Below are positions 10,377-20,582 of a stretch of 64,000 bases of DNA, piece by piece. The translations under genes were made by a program, and so were the position numbers. Positions within the stretch are counted from its first letter, which is position 1, and the number at the start of each line of letters is the position of its first letter. A model generated the notes under the pieces. The model was not told the DNA's origin. It ran no database searches and saw nothing but the letters and a program-made list of their open reading frames with translations. This stretch comes from an uncultured Candidatus Saccharibacteria bacterium (GTDB lineage Bacteria; Patescibacteriota; Dojkabacteria; SC72), in NCBI GenBank assembly GCA_964621195.1, contig CAZULJ010000003.1, forward strand, positions 24,412 through 88,411, read 5' to 3'.

Positions 10377-10403
10377 TTAGCAAATGTTTAAAGGGACTGC
10401 TAA
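10377..10403 (-). promoter_or_regulatory. CIRCE operator (HrcA site) upstream of groES
   Basis: TTAGCAAAT-N9-GACTGCTAA versus consensus TTAGCACTC-N9-GAGTGCTAA; lies just downstream of the promoter. Confidence 0.82.
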
Positions 10404-10405
10404 AG

Positions 10406-10434
10406 ATTTTAGCCTTAGGAGATTTAAATGTCAA
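10406..10434 (-). promoter_or_regulatory. Sigma70 promoter of groESL
   Basis: Minus strand TTGACA-N17-TAAAAT. Confidence 0.82.
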
Positions 10435-11039
10435 TATCTAGAACCTTTTATCACCATAGAATCTTCTAGAAGTTCAATATTCTCAAAATATCTTCCCGAG
10501 AATCCATTCTCATTCACTGTAAGTAGAGAATTTGCAATGCCAAGATTAATACTTTCCAATATATTGAAGTATTCTCCAACCGAATATGGACCAATGGAAA
10601 GGGAGGTAAGATATAACTGGGCTGTTTCTAAATTGTCCTTGTTGATACCAAGTGAGAGCCATACAGAATATTTCGAGTACATAGCTTCAATATATACAAC
10701 CCATTTACCTTTGCTTGGTTCAATATACACCCTACTTATACTCAGATCGTTGTTAAGATATCCATTTGCTATTGATATGACTACCATTCCAACATCCTTT
10801 GGAGAGAGCGATATCGTTTCGGTATTATCTTGAGATAGGGTAAAAGAGGAGAACTTTTCCTGTATCAAAGAAAAAATATCTTCATCGGAGGAAGAGATAT
10901 TTTGTTCTACAAGAGAACTTTCAAAACTCTTTTCCCAATCCATATACCTGCTAACTAAAACAAAAACGACAAGAACAAGTGAGAGAAGAAAAATTAATAG
11001 TGTTAGGAAAATCTTTAAGAGTATTTTTCGCACATTCAT
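10431..11039 (-). CDS. Hypothetical protein with N-terminal membrane anchor
   Basis: 202-aa ORF abutting murJ; basic N-terminus followed by a hydrophobic helix. Confidence 0.75.
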   Translation of the reverse strand: MNVRKILLKIFLTLLIFLLSLVLVVFVLVSRYMDWEKSFESSLVEQNISSSDEDIFSLIQEKFSSFTLSQDNTETISLSPKDVGMVVISIANGYLNNDLSISRVYIEPSKGKWVVYIEAMYSKYSVWLSLGINKDNLETAQLYLTSLSIGPYSVGEYFNILESINLGIANSLLTVNENGFSGRYFENIELLEDSMVIKGSRY

Positions 11040-12809
11040 CTACTTTAAGTTAGTACCATTTACAAATCTTTTCTGAAAACCTCTAATTAATTTCTCTACC
11101 TGAGCAAACTCTTGAGGAGAAAAGATTTTTGAACCAATTAAGTATGAAATACCACCATAGATAGATACAACAACCGTAAGAACAATTATATATATTGTTC
11201 TAGTAGTATCTAACTGGAAATCGAAGAGTCTAAATACAAAATACATTCCAGACATCATAATGAGGGTATTAAGAAGCTTAAGAAGTGTTGGATAGAAGGT
11301 CTCTTTCCAAGATACCACCTGCCTATTTCTGTTCAGAAGATATACCGAAAGAATCATTTGTACAAAGTAGGAAAGACTTAGACTAAAAGCTAAACCACCG
11401 ACTGCCAAACTAGAATCTCCCCTTGTAGTCATCCACTTGAGGATATCTCCTAGGAAAGATCTTAGTACTGAAAGTACTCCCTCTCCATTTGCACTTGCTA
11501 CCTGTACCCAGACCTGCTCTAAGATTGGTCTCCAGTCATAGTAATGGCTAAAAAAATTTGTAAAGAGATATGCCCCTAAAAGATTTAGAACAATACCTAC
11601 AGTAATAGCAATGAGGGGTCTCCATGTATCTTTCATTGCATAGAAGGCTCTTAGAACAATCTGTACAAATGTTTGACCGATAATGGATATGGATAACAGA
11701 GCGAGTGTCCAAGCTGTTAAAAGCGTATCCTGCCAGTCGAATGCACCAGTACCGTAGATTAAACGGACTATTGGTAGCCTGAGGACAAGCATTACCGCAA
11801 CGATAGGCAAAACAAGATATAGAGAGAGCTGAATTGCATCATTAAATGCCTTCTTAAACATTCCGTTTTCATTCTTGCAGCAGTATTGGGCAAAATCAGG
11901 TAAGGCTACTTGAGCAACTGCACTTCCAATTATATTTATAGGAAATAGATGAAGGCTGTATGCAAACCTATATGCACTCAAAGTACCTGCTGTAAGTGTA
12001 AAACTAATAAAGGTATTAACAATGGTATTGAATTGCTCCCCTAATACACCAAGCATTCTAGGAGCAGCTAATTTAAAAGCTTTTAAAACATATGGCCCAT
12101 CAAATATCTCTTTAATTGGAAGATTCTTTGCTCCATCTTCTTTGTAATATTTGAGTAATAGCGGGACCTGTACTCCTAGATGTACAAAGGATCCTAAAAC
12201 CGCAGATATTGCTATCGCTTCTACTCCTAAATCAAGATAGGTAACGAAAAGATATGTACCAACAATCATTACGAGATTGTAAAAAAGTGGAGCAAGGGAG
12301 GTCACAAAGAATTGTTTTCTTACTTGTAGATATGCAGTAACAAATCCACTAATACTTAAGAAGAGAGGAGAGAGGATTCCAATTCTAAATAGCTTAATAA
12401 ATAGGTCGTAGTCTGTTTCTAGTATTCTATATGACATATTGAATACCGAACCTGCATAGTCATTTGTAACAACCCAATTTGTAATTGGTACAGCAAAGAT
12501 TAAAAGTAATAGAAGAACTACAAATGAGATACCGAAAAATATAAGTGTGAGTTGTTGGAACAATCTGTTAAAACTATCTTTACCTTTGTCATAAAGGACA
12601 TCGGACAGAATAGGTATGATTGCTGCATTTATAGAACCTGCAACTAAGACCATGAATATGATATCTGGAATTGTAAATGATGCCCAAAAGATATCTAATT
12701 CGTGGGATGCTCCAAAAAGTTGTGCAAAAATTCTTAGCTTCCAAAAGCCTAAAATCTTGGTAAAGAGGAGTATTAGCATAACTGTAAACACGCTGTTCTT
12801 TTTTATCAC
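11040..12809 (-). CDS. murJ: Lipid II flippase MurJ/MviN
   Basis: KILGF..R.FAQLFGA, F.IPD, GSINAAIIP, LRAFYAMKDTWRP; polytopic membrane protein. Confidence 0.9.
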   Translation of the reverse strand: MIKKNSVFTVMLILLFTKILGFWKLRIFAQLFGASHELDIFWASFTIPDIIFMVLVAGSINAAIIPILSDVLYDKGKDSFNRLFQQLTLIFFGISFVVLLLLLIFAVPITNWVVTNDYAGSVFNMSYRILETDYDLFIKLFRIGILSPLFLSISGFVTAYLQVRKQFFVTSLAPLFYNLVMIVGTYLFVTYLDLGVEAIAISAVLGSFVHLGVQVPLLLKYYKEDGAKNLPIKEIFDGPYVLKAFKLAAPRMLGVLGEQFNTIVNTFISFTLTAGTLSAYRFAYSLHLFPINIIGSAVAQVALPDFAQYCCKNENGMFKKAFNDAIQLSLYLVLPIVAVMLVLRLPIVRLIYGTGAFDWQDTLLTAWTLALLSISIIGQTFVQIVLRAFYAMKDTWRPLIAITVGIVLNLLGAYLFTNFFSHYYDWRPILEQVWVQVASANGEGVLSVLRSFLGDILKWMTTRGDSSLAVGGLAFSLSLSYFVQMILSVYLLNRNRQVVSWKETFYPTLLKLLNTLIMMSGMYFVFRLFDFQLDTTRTIYIIVLTVVVSIYGGISYLIGSKIFSPQEFAQVEKLIRGFQKRFVNGTNLK

Positions 12810-12906
12810 AATTCTCTTTAGTCAATATCTAATTAGCGAGTAATATCATAATGGAAATAAATGTATTTATCAAATCTTTTTAATCTTCCCCCACTATACT
12901 TAAGAT

Positions 12907-13419
12907 ATGTCGCTTCTAGATATCATCTTACCAAAAGAGTGTATATTCTGCAGTAAAGTAGGAGAGCATATATGTGAGAAATGTCTTCGTAATATTCCAA
13001 AGTCTTTACCTAGATGTTTTCAATGTGGAAAAATATCTAAAGATGGGAGATCACATTCTAGTTGTGACTCATTTAAATATGATATTCGATATATAAAAGG
13101 CTGGGATTTAGAAATGAAAGAGACTTTTGGGAATCGGAAAAGTATCGGATTCTTCTCTCCATACTCAGAGATGCTTTCAAATATATTGAAGAGGTATAAC
13201 CTGAGTGAAGAGAAACTAGGGAAGATTTCTTTACCGATAAAGACAGATTCAAGGATTGATAACGAACTAAACAAGTACCTAGCAAAAGCCTTACATGGAA
13301 AGAATGAGAATTCTGTATCCTTTGTAGGGGAAACTATTCCGAACAATAACTATATCTTGGAACAGATAGAAAAAGAAAGAATTAAATACAAGAGTATCTT
13401 AGTAATTAGTATATTCTAA
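12907..13419 (+). CDS. ComF-like double zinc-ribbon protein with degenerate PRT domain
   Basis: LLDIILPKECIFC..ICEKC..CFQCGK typical of the ComF N-terminus; no DDVxTTG motif. Confidence 0.6.
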   Translation: MSLLDIILPKECIFCSKVGEHICEKCLRNIPKSLPRCFQCGKISKDGRSHSSCDSFKYDIRYIKGWDLEMKETFGNRKSIGFFSPYSEMLSNILKRYNLSEEKLGKISLPIKTDSRIDNELNKYLAKALHGKNENSVSFVGETIPNNNYILEQIEKERIKYKSILVISIF

Positions 13420-15728
13420 TCTTGCTCCAATGGTTGAATATCTTCCGTTACTGGTTCTTCTACTTTTCCTTCGGAACTTTCAGTATCTTCGGCCTCACCT
13501 TCCGCTGACCCAAGATCTTCCAAGCTCTTTATCACGCTCTCATAAATTGGATCCTCTTCTAGCTTGTTAACTTCAAGGATTTTCTTTGCAGCCTCAAGGT
13601 ATGAGATTGCATTCTTTGTTTCACCCTTCTCGTTCAAGATTCCTGCAGAAAGTACAAGAGATGGAACATGTTGACCATTAATACCCAAAGCTGCACCGAA
13701 AGCAGACAAGGCTTTATCATAGTCCTCTTTAATCATATATATCTGCCCAGCAAGATAGTAAGACTCAAAGTCTAAGGGATTAAGATTTATAGAATTTTGT
13801 AGTGCAAATAGGGCATCCTCGCTATAATCGGAAAGACCTATCCTTAAGAATCCGGTATACACGGAAGCTCTGACATACCAGTTTGGATATGTATATGGGG
13901 AGGTATTAATAGCTTCCCTTGAAAGATCTATTGCTACATTCTTCCAATTTGAGATTTCTGCCAAGATAGAGGCCTTCTCCTCTTCAGAAGCATTCTTATA
14001 CCTTTCACTTAGTACCGTCATTATATCCAAAGCTGTAGCTGCTGCCTTTCTGTTTGCAATAGGGCTAGAAGAATCATAGCTCAAAGCTTTGTAGTAATAT
14101 GAGAGAAGACTATTGAAGTAATCTTCTCTTTGATCAAGGGTAATCTCCTCCTCTGATTCTCCATATTTTCTGTTTTCTTCAATCCTAAAGGCCTCAGCCC
14201 TTGCACTATACATAACCGCTAGAGTTCTAGAACCAAGAGTCATCAATCCAACGAATACAACTAAGATCATAATTCCAGTAAGAAACCAGTTCACACTATT
14301 TATCGTCTTATTTACATCTTGAGATATACCTCCTACATTCACAGCCCAAAACTTTAGTATAAATTGTTCCTCATTTCTGTAGATATTGCTTCTCATTAAT
14401 ACCACTAGTAGTAAAAGTACAAAAAGAACAAAGTAAAGTAGGAAAGAATAGGATACAAAGAATGAACCCATGTAGATTAATATTGTAGAAACTTCCAACA
14501 AAAGAAGAAGTATTCCATCTTCAGACTTTGATGTAGAAGAAAGATCCGTGATAAATATCTTAAGTAAGGCTAAGCCTACTAACAACCAAACGACAACACC
14601 TACTATCCCCCTATTTGCTAATGTAGTGAAAACCTCACTTGAGGCAGTTGCAAAACTTGCACTTCCGAGAGATATTACTGATGCAACCGAAGGCTTAAAT
14701 TGATTGTATGCAATAGAGAAAGAGTCATTTCCCATACCTACAAGTCCTCTAAAAAGATCGTTAACAATAACTCCACTTGAAACATTCCAAGAGATATCAG
14801 ATGCCAGATTTATAGGCGTAACAACCTCGAATGTCTCCCCGACTAGTGCTTTTTTAAAGGAATCATACTGTAGACCAATAGAAAACACTAAAGTTATTAC
14901 CGATAGTACTCCGAGAATAATTGGTAGGAATTTAAGATTTTTTTCTAACTTCACAAAGAGAAGCAAAGAGGTGAATATAATTGAAATAGTAACCACTACT
15001 GGTATTATTATCCCCTGCATCATTGAAAATATTGCGGTTGTAATAAATCCTAGAGCTATTCCTAAGAATGGTAATAGGACTCTTTGATATCTCTTCTCTT
15101 TTAGATATGAAACCACCAAAACTATTCCTACAAAGATAAGGACCCCAGCAAGAATAAGTAATTCCTTAGAATAGAATGTTAGTGGTAACCCTGGTAAGAA
15201 GAATTCCTTTATGTATGGAATCCAACCCCAAATATTGATTTTAAATGTCGTGAGAAAACTTAATACCACAAGGGTAGAGATTCCCAGCAGAAGAGCTTCT
15301 AAAGATCTAAGGATGTACTCCTTCTTTGCAAGGAAGCCCCTCGCAAGAAAAAATATCAGTATCAAAACAGATATAGATAGTAGACCAGTACTCAGTCTTC
15401 CATCAAAACCCCAAAGTGAAGTCCATTGATCAACTGCAAATATTGATGAGACAATAAATGTACCGAGTAAGATAAAGACGATTTTGTCTAATGATGATCT
15501 CAATATTGTAATCTTTCCATCCCATATCCACTTTATTAATTCCAAAAGTATTAGAAGGAGAGAGAAAGCAAGAAATATAATAACCTTTATATTCTCAGTA
15601 GCATCCCATGGTAGTGGTATTACAAACCAAGGGGTAATAAACAGCATCAGATACATTAATATCCTTTGGAAAAAAGATAAATCCATACCATCGGTAGTAG
15701 TACTCATCTTGGTATTGTTATTCAACAT
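13416..15728 (-). CDS. Polytopic O-antigen ligase/Wzy-like membrane protein with C-terminal TPR repeats
   Basis: Many TM segments; GMGNDSF.IAY loop; TPR-like ESYYLAGQIYMIKEDYDKALSAF. Confidence 0.72.
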   Translation of the reverse strand: MLNNNTKMSTTTDGMDLSFFQRILMYLMLFITPWFVIPLPWDATENIKVIIFLAFSLLLILLELIKWIWDGKITILRSSLDKIVFILLGTFIVSSIFAVDQWTSLWGFDGRLSTGLLSISVLILIFFLARGFLAKKEYILRSLEALLLGISTLVVLSFLTTFKINIWGWIPYIKEFFLPGLPLTFYSKELLILAGVLIFVGIVLVVSYLKEKRYQRVLLPFLGIALGFITTAIFSMMQGIIIPVVVTISIIFTSLLLFVKLEKNLKFLPIILGVLSVITLVFSIGLQYDSFKKALVGETFEVVTPINLASDISWNVSSGVIVNDLFRGLVGMGNDSFSIAYNQFKPSVASVISLGSASFATASSEVFTTLANRGIVGVVVWLLVGLALLKIFITDLSSTSKSEDGILLLLLEVSTILIYMGSFFVSYSFLLYFVLFVLLLLVVLMRSNIYRNEEQFILKFWAVNVGGISQDVNKTINSVNWFLTGIMILVVFVGLMTLGSRTLAVMYSARAEAFRIEENRKYGESEEEITLDQREDYFNSLLSYYYKALSYDSSSPIANRKAAATALDIMTVLSERYKNASEEEKASILAEISNWKNVAIDLSREAINTSPYTYPNWYVRASVYTGFLRIGLSDYSEDALFALQNSINLNPLDFESYYLAGQIYMIKEDYDKALSAFGAALGINGQHVPSLVLSAGILNEKGETKNAISYLEAAKKILEVNKLEEDPIYESVIKSLEDLGSAEGEAEDTESSEGKVEEPVTEDIQPLEQD

Positions 15729-15774
15729 ATTTAGTTAGGGCAGAAAAGATTTATTTAGTTGTAACAATCTTAGC

Positions 15775-15805
15775 AAAAAGAGGAAGGGAGGCCAAGCCTC
15801 CCTTC
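15775..15805 (-). terminator. Intrinsic terminator after dnaK
   Basis: GAAGGGAGGC-CAA-GCCTCCCTTC hairpin; CTCTTTTT follows on the minus strand. Confidence 0.8.
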
Positions 15806-15817
15806 TTATCAGTAGCT

Positions 15818-17698
15818 TTACTCTACTACTTCACCTTCTTTTACCACTTCTTTATCTTCTTCTTTTTTTTCTTCACCCTTTGTTTTAGATGCCTGCTCAT
15901 ACATCTTCTTACTTACTTCTTGCATCTTCTTAGTAAGCTTTGTTACCTCTTCCTCAAGTTTCTCCTCATCGAAATCTTCCTTTGCAATAATCTCTTTTAC
16001 TTCTTTTACCCCTTCCTCAAGACCCTTCTTTTCACTTTCCTCTATTTTATCTCCATTCTCTTCAAGAAGTTTTTCTATATTGAAACATAGGGAATCAGCA
16101 TTGTTTCTCTTCTCGGCCCTCTGTCTCTTCTTCTTATCCTCTTCTGCATACTTTGCAGCCTCTTCTACCATCTTTTCTATTTCTTCATCTTTCAATCCAG
16201 TAGAAGCTGTTATGGTTATCTTCTGCTCCTTGTTTGTTGCAAGATCTTTTGCATTCACATTCAAGATTCCATTGGCATCAATTGCAAAAGTGACCTCTAT
16301 CTGAGGAACTCCTCTTGGTGCTGGTGGGATACCATCAAGAATAAATCTTCCAAGAGTTTTGTTGTCAGATGCCATTTCTCTTTCACCTTGTAGAATATGT
16401 ATTTCAACCCCTGGCTGGTTATCAGCCGCAGTACTAAATATCTGTTTCTTTTCTACAGGGATAGTTGTATTTCTTTCAATAAGTTTGGTCATTACTCCTC
16501 CAAGAGTTTCTAATCCGAGAGATAACGGTGTTACATCTAACAACGTAATATCTTTTACGTCACCTCCCAATACTCCTCCTTGAACTGCAGCACCTATCGC
16601 TACAACCTCATCAGGGTTTACACTCTTGTTTGGTTCTTTACCAAAAATCTCCTTAACCTTCTTAATAACTGCAGGCATTCTAGTCATACCTCCTACTAGT
16701 AATACTTGGTCTACATCCTCTAAATCTAAATCTGCATCTTTCAATGCCTTCTTACAAGGTTCAACAGTTTTCTCTATCAAGTCCGCAGTTAATTTCTCAA
16801 GATCAGATCTAGTCATAGAGACCTTTAGATGCTTTGGACCACTTGATGTAGCAGTGATATACGGGATATTTATCTCCGTCTCTTCTGAGGTTGAGAGCTC
16901 AATCTTTGCTTTCTCTGCAGCTTCCTTAAGCCTTTGTAGTGCAGTTCTATCTTCTTTTAGGTCCACACCTTCTTTATCCTTAAAATCTCGAACTAGCTTA
17001 TCAATTATCGCCTGATCAAAGTCATCTCCCCCTAAGTGAGTGTCACCGTTTGTAGAAAGGACTTCAAAGACTCCATCACCGATCTCTAGTATTGAGATAT
17101 CAAAAGTACCTCCACCTAAGTCAAAGATTGCAATTTTCTCATCCTTGTTTTTATCTAAACCGTAGGCTAAAGCTGCGGCTGTAGGCTCATTTACAATCCT
17201 TTTAACCTCCAAACCTGCAATCTTACCCGCATCTTTTGTCGCTTGCCTTTGAGAGTCATCAAAGTAAGCAGGAACTGTAATTACAGCCTCTGTAACCTTT
17301 TCCCCCAAGAATTCCTCGGCATCTTTTTTCATCTTTGCAAGGATCTTTGCAGAAATCTCTTGAGGTGTGTACCACTTGTCTCCCATTTTAACCTCAATAC
17401 CATCACTTTTGGACTTTCTCATTTCAAAAGGAAGAAGTTCCTTGTCCTTTTTAACCTCAGGATCGTCCCAAGACCTTCCTATTAATCTCTTTACTGAGTA
17501 AACTGTCCCTTCGGGATTTGTTACTGCCTGATTCTTCGCAGGAGCACCGACTAGTATCTCACCCTTTTCATCAACAGCAACAATAGATGGTGTCAGTCTA
17601 CCTCCCTGGATATTTGGAATGATATTTGGTTTGCCGCCAGACATATATGCCATTGCACTGTTTGTGGTTCCTAGGTCTATTCCTATTATTTTTCCCAT
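15818..17698 (-). CDS. dnaK: Chaperone DnaK
   Basis: [35 protein letters not shown]. Confidence 0.99.
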   Translation of the reverse strand: MGKIIGIDLGTTNSAMAYMSGGKPNIIPNIQGGRLTPSIVAVDEKGEILVGAPAKNQAVTNPEGTVYSVKRLIGRSWDDPEVKKDKELLPFEMRKSKSDGIEVKMGDKWYTPQEISAKILAKMKKDAEEFLGEKVTEAVITVPAYFDDSQRQATKDAGKIAGLEVKRIVNEPTAAALAYGLDKNKDEKIAIFDLGGGTFDISILEIGDGVFEVLSTNGDTHLGGDDFDQAIIDKLVRDFKDKEGVDLKEDRTALQRLKEAAEKAKIELSTSEETEINIPYITATSSGPKHLKVSMTRSDLEKLTADLIEKTVEPCKKALKDADLDLEDVDQVLLVGGMTRMPAVIKKVKEIFGKEPNKSVNPDEVVAIGAAVQGGVLGGDVKDITLLDVTPLSLGLETLGGVMTKLIERNTTIPVEKKQIFSTAADNQPGVEIHILQGEREMASDNKTLGRFILDGIPPAPRGVPQIEVTFAIDANGILNVNAKDLATNKEQKITITASTGLKDEEIEKMVEEAAKYAEEDKKKRQRAEKRNNADSLCFNIEKLLEENGDKIEESEKKGLEEGVKEVKEIIAKEDFDEEKLEEEVTKLTKKMQEVSKKMYEQASKTKGEEKKEEDKEVVKEGEVVE

Positions 17699-17716
17699 AG
17701 ATATATTTTTTAAAAA

Positions 17717-18295
17717 TTATTTATTTTTTTTGATACTCTTAGTTACAACAACTCTTGATGGTCGGATTACAACATCATCGAGTATATAACCAGGTTGTAT
17801 GCAATCAAAAACAATTCCGGCTGAATCATTTTCGACTACAGCCAAGGCCTCATGAATAGTAGGATCAAATTTCTCCCCCTTAGATGGTACAAACTTTCTA
17901 AGACCTAACCCTTCTAGACTTCTTTCAATCTTACTCAGTAATTCTTTTACACCGTTGGACCAAGATTCTCCCTTCTCATCAAATGTAAGCTCTTCCTTTG
18001 CCTTCACTGCCATATACATATCATCTACAATGGGTATAAGTTTTTCTGCTAATGATTTTCTGGATTGTAAATAGAGAAGGTTTAAACGTTTCTGAGTATT
18101 AGCTTCAAGATTCTGATAATCGGCTAATGCTCTTTTCAAGCTATTTGTAATCTCTAATTTTTCATCCTCTACCTTATCAATTACAGATGCTAGCTCCCCA
18201 ATTTGGGCCTCTAGCTTAGCAATCTCACCTTGCAACTGCTTAACCTCTTCGCTATTTTTATTTATCACACCCTGTGTGTCTACATTCTTTTTCAT
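17717..18295 (-). CDS. grpE: Nucleotide exchange factor GrpE
   Basis: RALADYQN, FDPTIHEA, GY...VIRPSRVVV; located between hrcA and dnaK. Confidence 0.95.
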   Translation of the reverse strand: MKKNVDTQGVINKNSEEVKQLQGEIAKLEAQIGELASVIDKVEDEKLEITNSLKRALADYQNLEANTQKRLNLLYLQSRKSLAEKLIPIVDDMYMAVKAKEELTFDEKGESWSNGVKELLSKIERSLEGLGLRKFVPSKGEKFDPTIHEALAVVENDSAGIVFDCIQPGYILDDVVIRPSRVVVTKSIKKNK

Positions 18296-18312
18296 AGATA
18301 TTGATAAAAATA

Positions 18313-19041
18313 TTAACTCCAGCCTTTCATCGCATTACGCATCGAACTTTGTACTTCACGTAAAGCAGGAACACACCTTGCATAATCCATACGCTTAGAA
18401 CCCAAAACTCCAATATGAGCATCATTAGTATCCCAGAAAGGAAGGTTTGTAAATATCATAGAACAACCTTCCAGATCCTTAATACCAGACTCCTCACCAA
18501 TGAGGAGGGAGACTCCAGAGCCACTATATCTTCTCATCATGTTTACAAGGAAGTCCTTGTCCTCAAGGATATTTACTATTCTCATAATTTTTTCCCAATC
18601 TCTTAGCTCTTCATACTTAAAGATATTCGAGAGACCCCAGTATCTAGAGATCCCATCGATTACAACAAATACTATAGAGTCCGTTTCTTCAGAGAGAATC
18701 GTAAGAATTGAGTTCAAAACAGAATCCTTTGAGAATCTATCTCTAAATATCCCCTGCCTTATCTCTACAGTAATTAAAGGATTTAAAGAGCTACTGTTTA
18801 ATACGCTGCTAACATACATTCTTAAGGCTTGATCTGTAGGAAAACGCCCAGAAGAGATATGACTTTTCTCTAAAAGACCGAGATCCATTAACTTTGCCAT
18901 CTCATTCCTAATTGTTGCGGGACTAACTCCAAGGTTATGCCTTTCAACAAGTGAAAGAGAACCTACTTCCTCGGCATTCTGCATAAATTCCTCAATAATG
19001 GCCATTAGAATCCTCTCCTGCCTCTCTGTAATACTTTGCAT
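18313..19041 (-). CDS. hrcA: Heat-inducible repressor HrcA, short form
   Basis: TERQERIL, SPATIRNEM, HISSGRFPT, IGVLGSKRMDY. Confidence 0.93.
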   Translation of the reverse strand: MQSITERQERILMAIIEEFMQNAEEVGSLSLVERHNLGVSPATIRNEMAKLMDLGLLEKSHISSGRFPTDQALRMYVSSVLNSSSLNPLITVEIRQGIFRDRFSKDSVLNSILTILSEETDSIVFVVIDGISRYWGLSNIFKYEELRDWEKIMRIVNILEDKDFLVNMMRRYSGSGVSLLIGEESGIKDLEGCSMIFTNLPFWDTNDAHIGVLGSKRMDYARCVPALREVQSSMRNAMKGWS

Positions 19042-19042
19042 A

Positions 19043-19069
19043 TTAGCACTCCCTAAGATTACCTGCTAA
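19043..19069 (-). promoter_or_regulatory. CIRCE operator immediately upstream of hrcA
   Basis: TTAGCACTC-N9-ACCTGCTAA, 1 nt from the hrcA ATG. Confidence 0.88.
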
Positions 19070-19098
19070 AGTATATTGTCTAGAGAGTCATCCGTCAA
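19070..19098 (-). promoter_or_regulatory. Sigma70 promoter of hrcA-grpE-dnaK
   Basis: Minus strand TTGACG-N17-TATACT abutting the CIRCE. Confidence 0.85.
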
Positions 19099-19160
19099 GA
19101 GATATTTGCAAAAATAGTAACTAAGATTTAATATGTAGAGACAATATAAACAATTTTAAT

Positions 19161-19825
19161 ATGAAAAAGATACAGGTCGGTCCCCCACTCTCTACCACAA
19201 ATCAATCAGAAATATCACATATATTCTCTCTACTCTCCGTGATCTTCTTTGGTATAATGTCCGGATATGCAGCTATTACCTCCCAAGAGTTAGAGATATC
19301 AATTGCAACAGGCCTCTTCTCCCTTTTTATGTTTCTCATGTCAGCTCTTCTAATATCTCAAAGAAGTAAATAAAAACAGAATGCACTGTATATTGATGAT
19401 GTGGGTTTTACATTTAAAGATGGAGGGCAGAATATATTGTGGGGAGATATAGAAGAGATGTCACTAACATTTGTTGTAAAGAAAGAGATAAATGATACAT
19501 TTACGGGATATCCATTTCTTTTTCTTAAATTAAAGAGAATGGTTATTCTCATAATGATAAGATTACAAAGGTGGGTAAAATGGACATACCATATATAGTT
19601 AGTGAGGCCTACTTTAAGAAGTATATGGGTAAGACCAAAGATTTTACAGTTGCAATAAACATAGAAAATGCAACAGAAGATGGTTCAAAGATAATCATGG
19701 AACAATTACCAATAAAAGTATCAAAAGTGAGACCTTTGATAGAGGTAGAAACTAAGGATGAGTACAACAGAAAGATACGTGAATTTGTAAGTCCTGAGAT
19801 GCAAGGAGATTACATTTTAGAGTAG
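19161..19825 (+). pseudogene. Disrupted membrane-protein gene, about 220 codons when repaired
   Basis: In-frame TAA at 19371-19373, then same-frame continuation KQNALYIDDVGF...; frameshift near 19530-19535 joins it to the 19571..19825 frame. Confidence 0.65.
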
Positions 19826-19833
19826 TAATTCAA

Positions 19834-19862
19834 TTGCAAAAAGGTAGTAACTCTGCTATACT
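19834..19862 (+). promoter_or_regulatory. Sigma70 promoter of rplY
   Basis: TTGCAA-N17-TATACT with TG extension, 10 nt before the ATG at 19873. Confidence 0.65.
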
Positions 19863-19872
19863 TTCACTCGCT

Positions 19873-20511
19873 ATGGAAAAATTAAAACTACAACAAAGAG
19901 AGACTACAGGAAAGAAAGTTAAGGCTTTAAGAAAGAGTGGCCACATACCTGCAGTCATATATAATTCAAAAACAGAGTCTTACAATTCTTCAATAGAGAA
20001 ATCTAAAGCAGAATGGCTATACAGAAATGCTACATCTACAACAATTTTAGATGCAGAGTTCGAAGGAAGAGAATTTAAGTGCTTGGTAAAGGAGTTTAAT
20101 CTTAATTCTGTTACTGGAGAGATTAATCATATATCTCTTTTTGAAATAGATGAGAATGCTCCAATGATCTTTACAATTCCATTTAAGATTGTTGGTATTT
20201 CTCCAGCAGTTAAAAACAACTTAGGTATTTTGGTAAATGCACTTGATAGTATTGATGTCAGATGTCAGCTTAACAAGCTCCAATCTGAGATTGAAATTGA
20301 TGTATCTGGATTAACAGCACCTGGACAAACAATTACCGTAGAAGATATTCAATTACCAGAGGGTATGACATTGATAAATGATGATATCAAGACCGCAGCT
20401 ATCGCAACGATTACAGAAGCACAAAAGGTTGAAGAAATTGCAACCGCTGAAACTACAGAAGAGGGAGAAACTACAGAGGAAACTACTGAAACAGAGGAAG
20501 CTTCTGAGTAA
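19873..20511 (+). CDS. rplY: 50S ribosomal protein bL25/CTC; start reassigned to 19873
   Basis: RETTGKKVKALRKSGHIPAVIY; G.SPAVK; acidic tail. Confidence 0.92.
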   Translation: MEKLKLQQRETTGKKVKALRKSGHIPAVIYNSKTESYNSSIEKSKAEWLYRNATSTTILDAEFEGREFKCLVKEFNLNSVTGEINHISLFEIDENAPMIFTIPFKIVGISPAVKNNLGILVNALDSIDVRCQLNKLQSEIEIDVSGLTAPGQTITVEDIQLPEGMTLINDDIKTAAIATITEAQKVEEIATAETTEEGETTEETTETEEASE

Positions 20512-20530
20512 AAAACTTTTTGATTATGAG

Positions 20531-20557
20531 AAAGGAGGCGTTGCCTCCTTTTTTTTT
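20531..20557 (+). terminator. Intrinsic terminator after rplY
   Basis: AAAGGAGGC-GTT-GCCTCCTTT followed by a T tract. Confidence 0.88.
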
Positions 20558-20582
20558 ACAAGATTAGTGGATATAATCAGAC

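Noticed and set aside
19371-19373. Stop-codon reassignment explaining the in-frame stop
   Set aside because: The stop is TAA, the usual terminator here; conserved genes show no internal stops and TGA also ends genes
20440-20510. Repeated GAAACTACAGA-like units
   Set aside because: They encode the acidic ETTEE tail of bL25; no spacers, so not CRISPR or a mobile repeat
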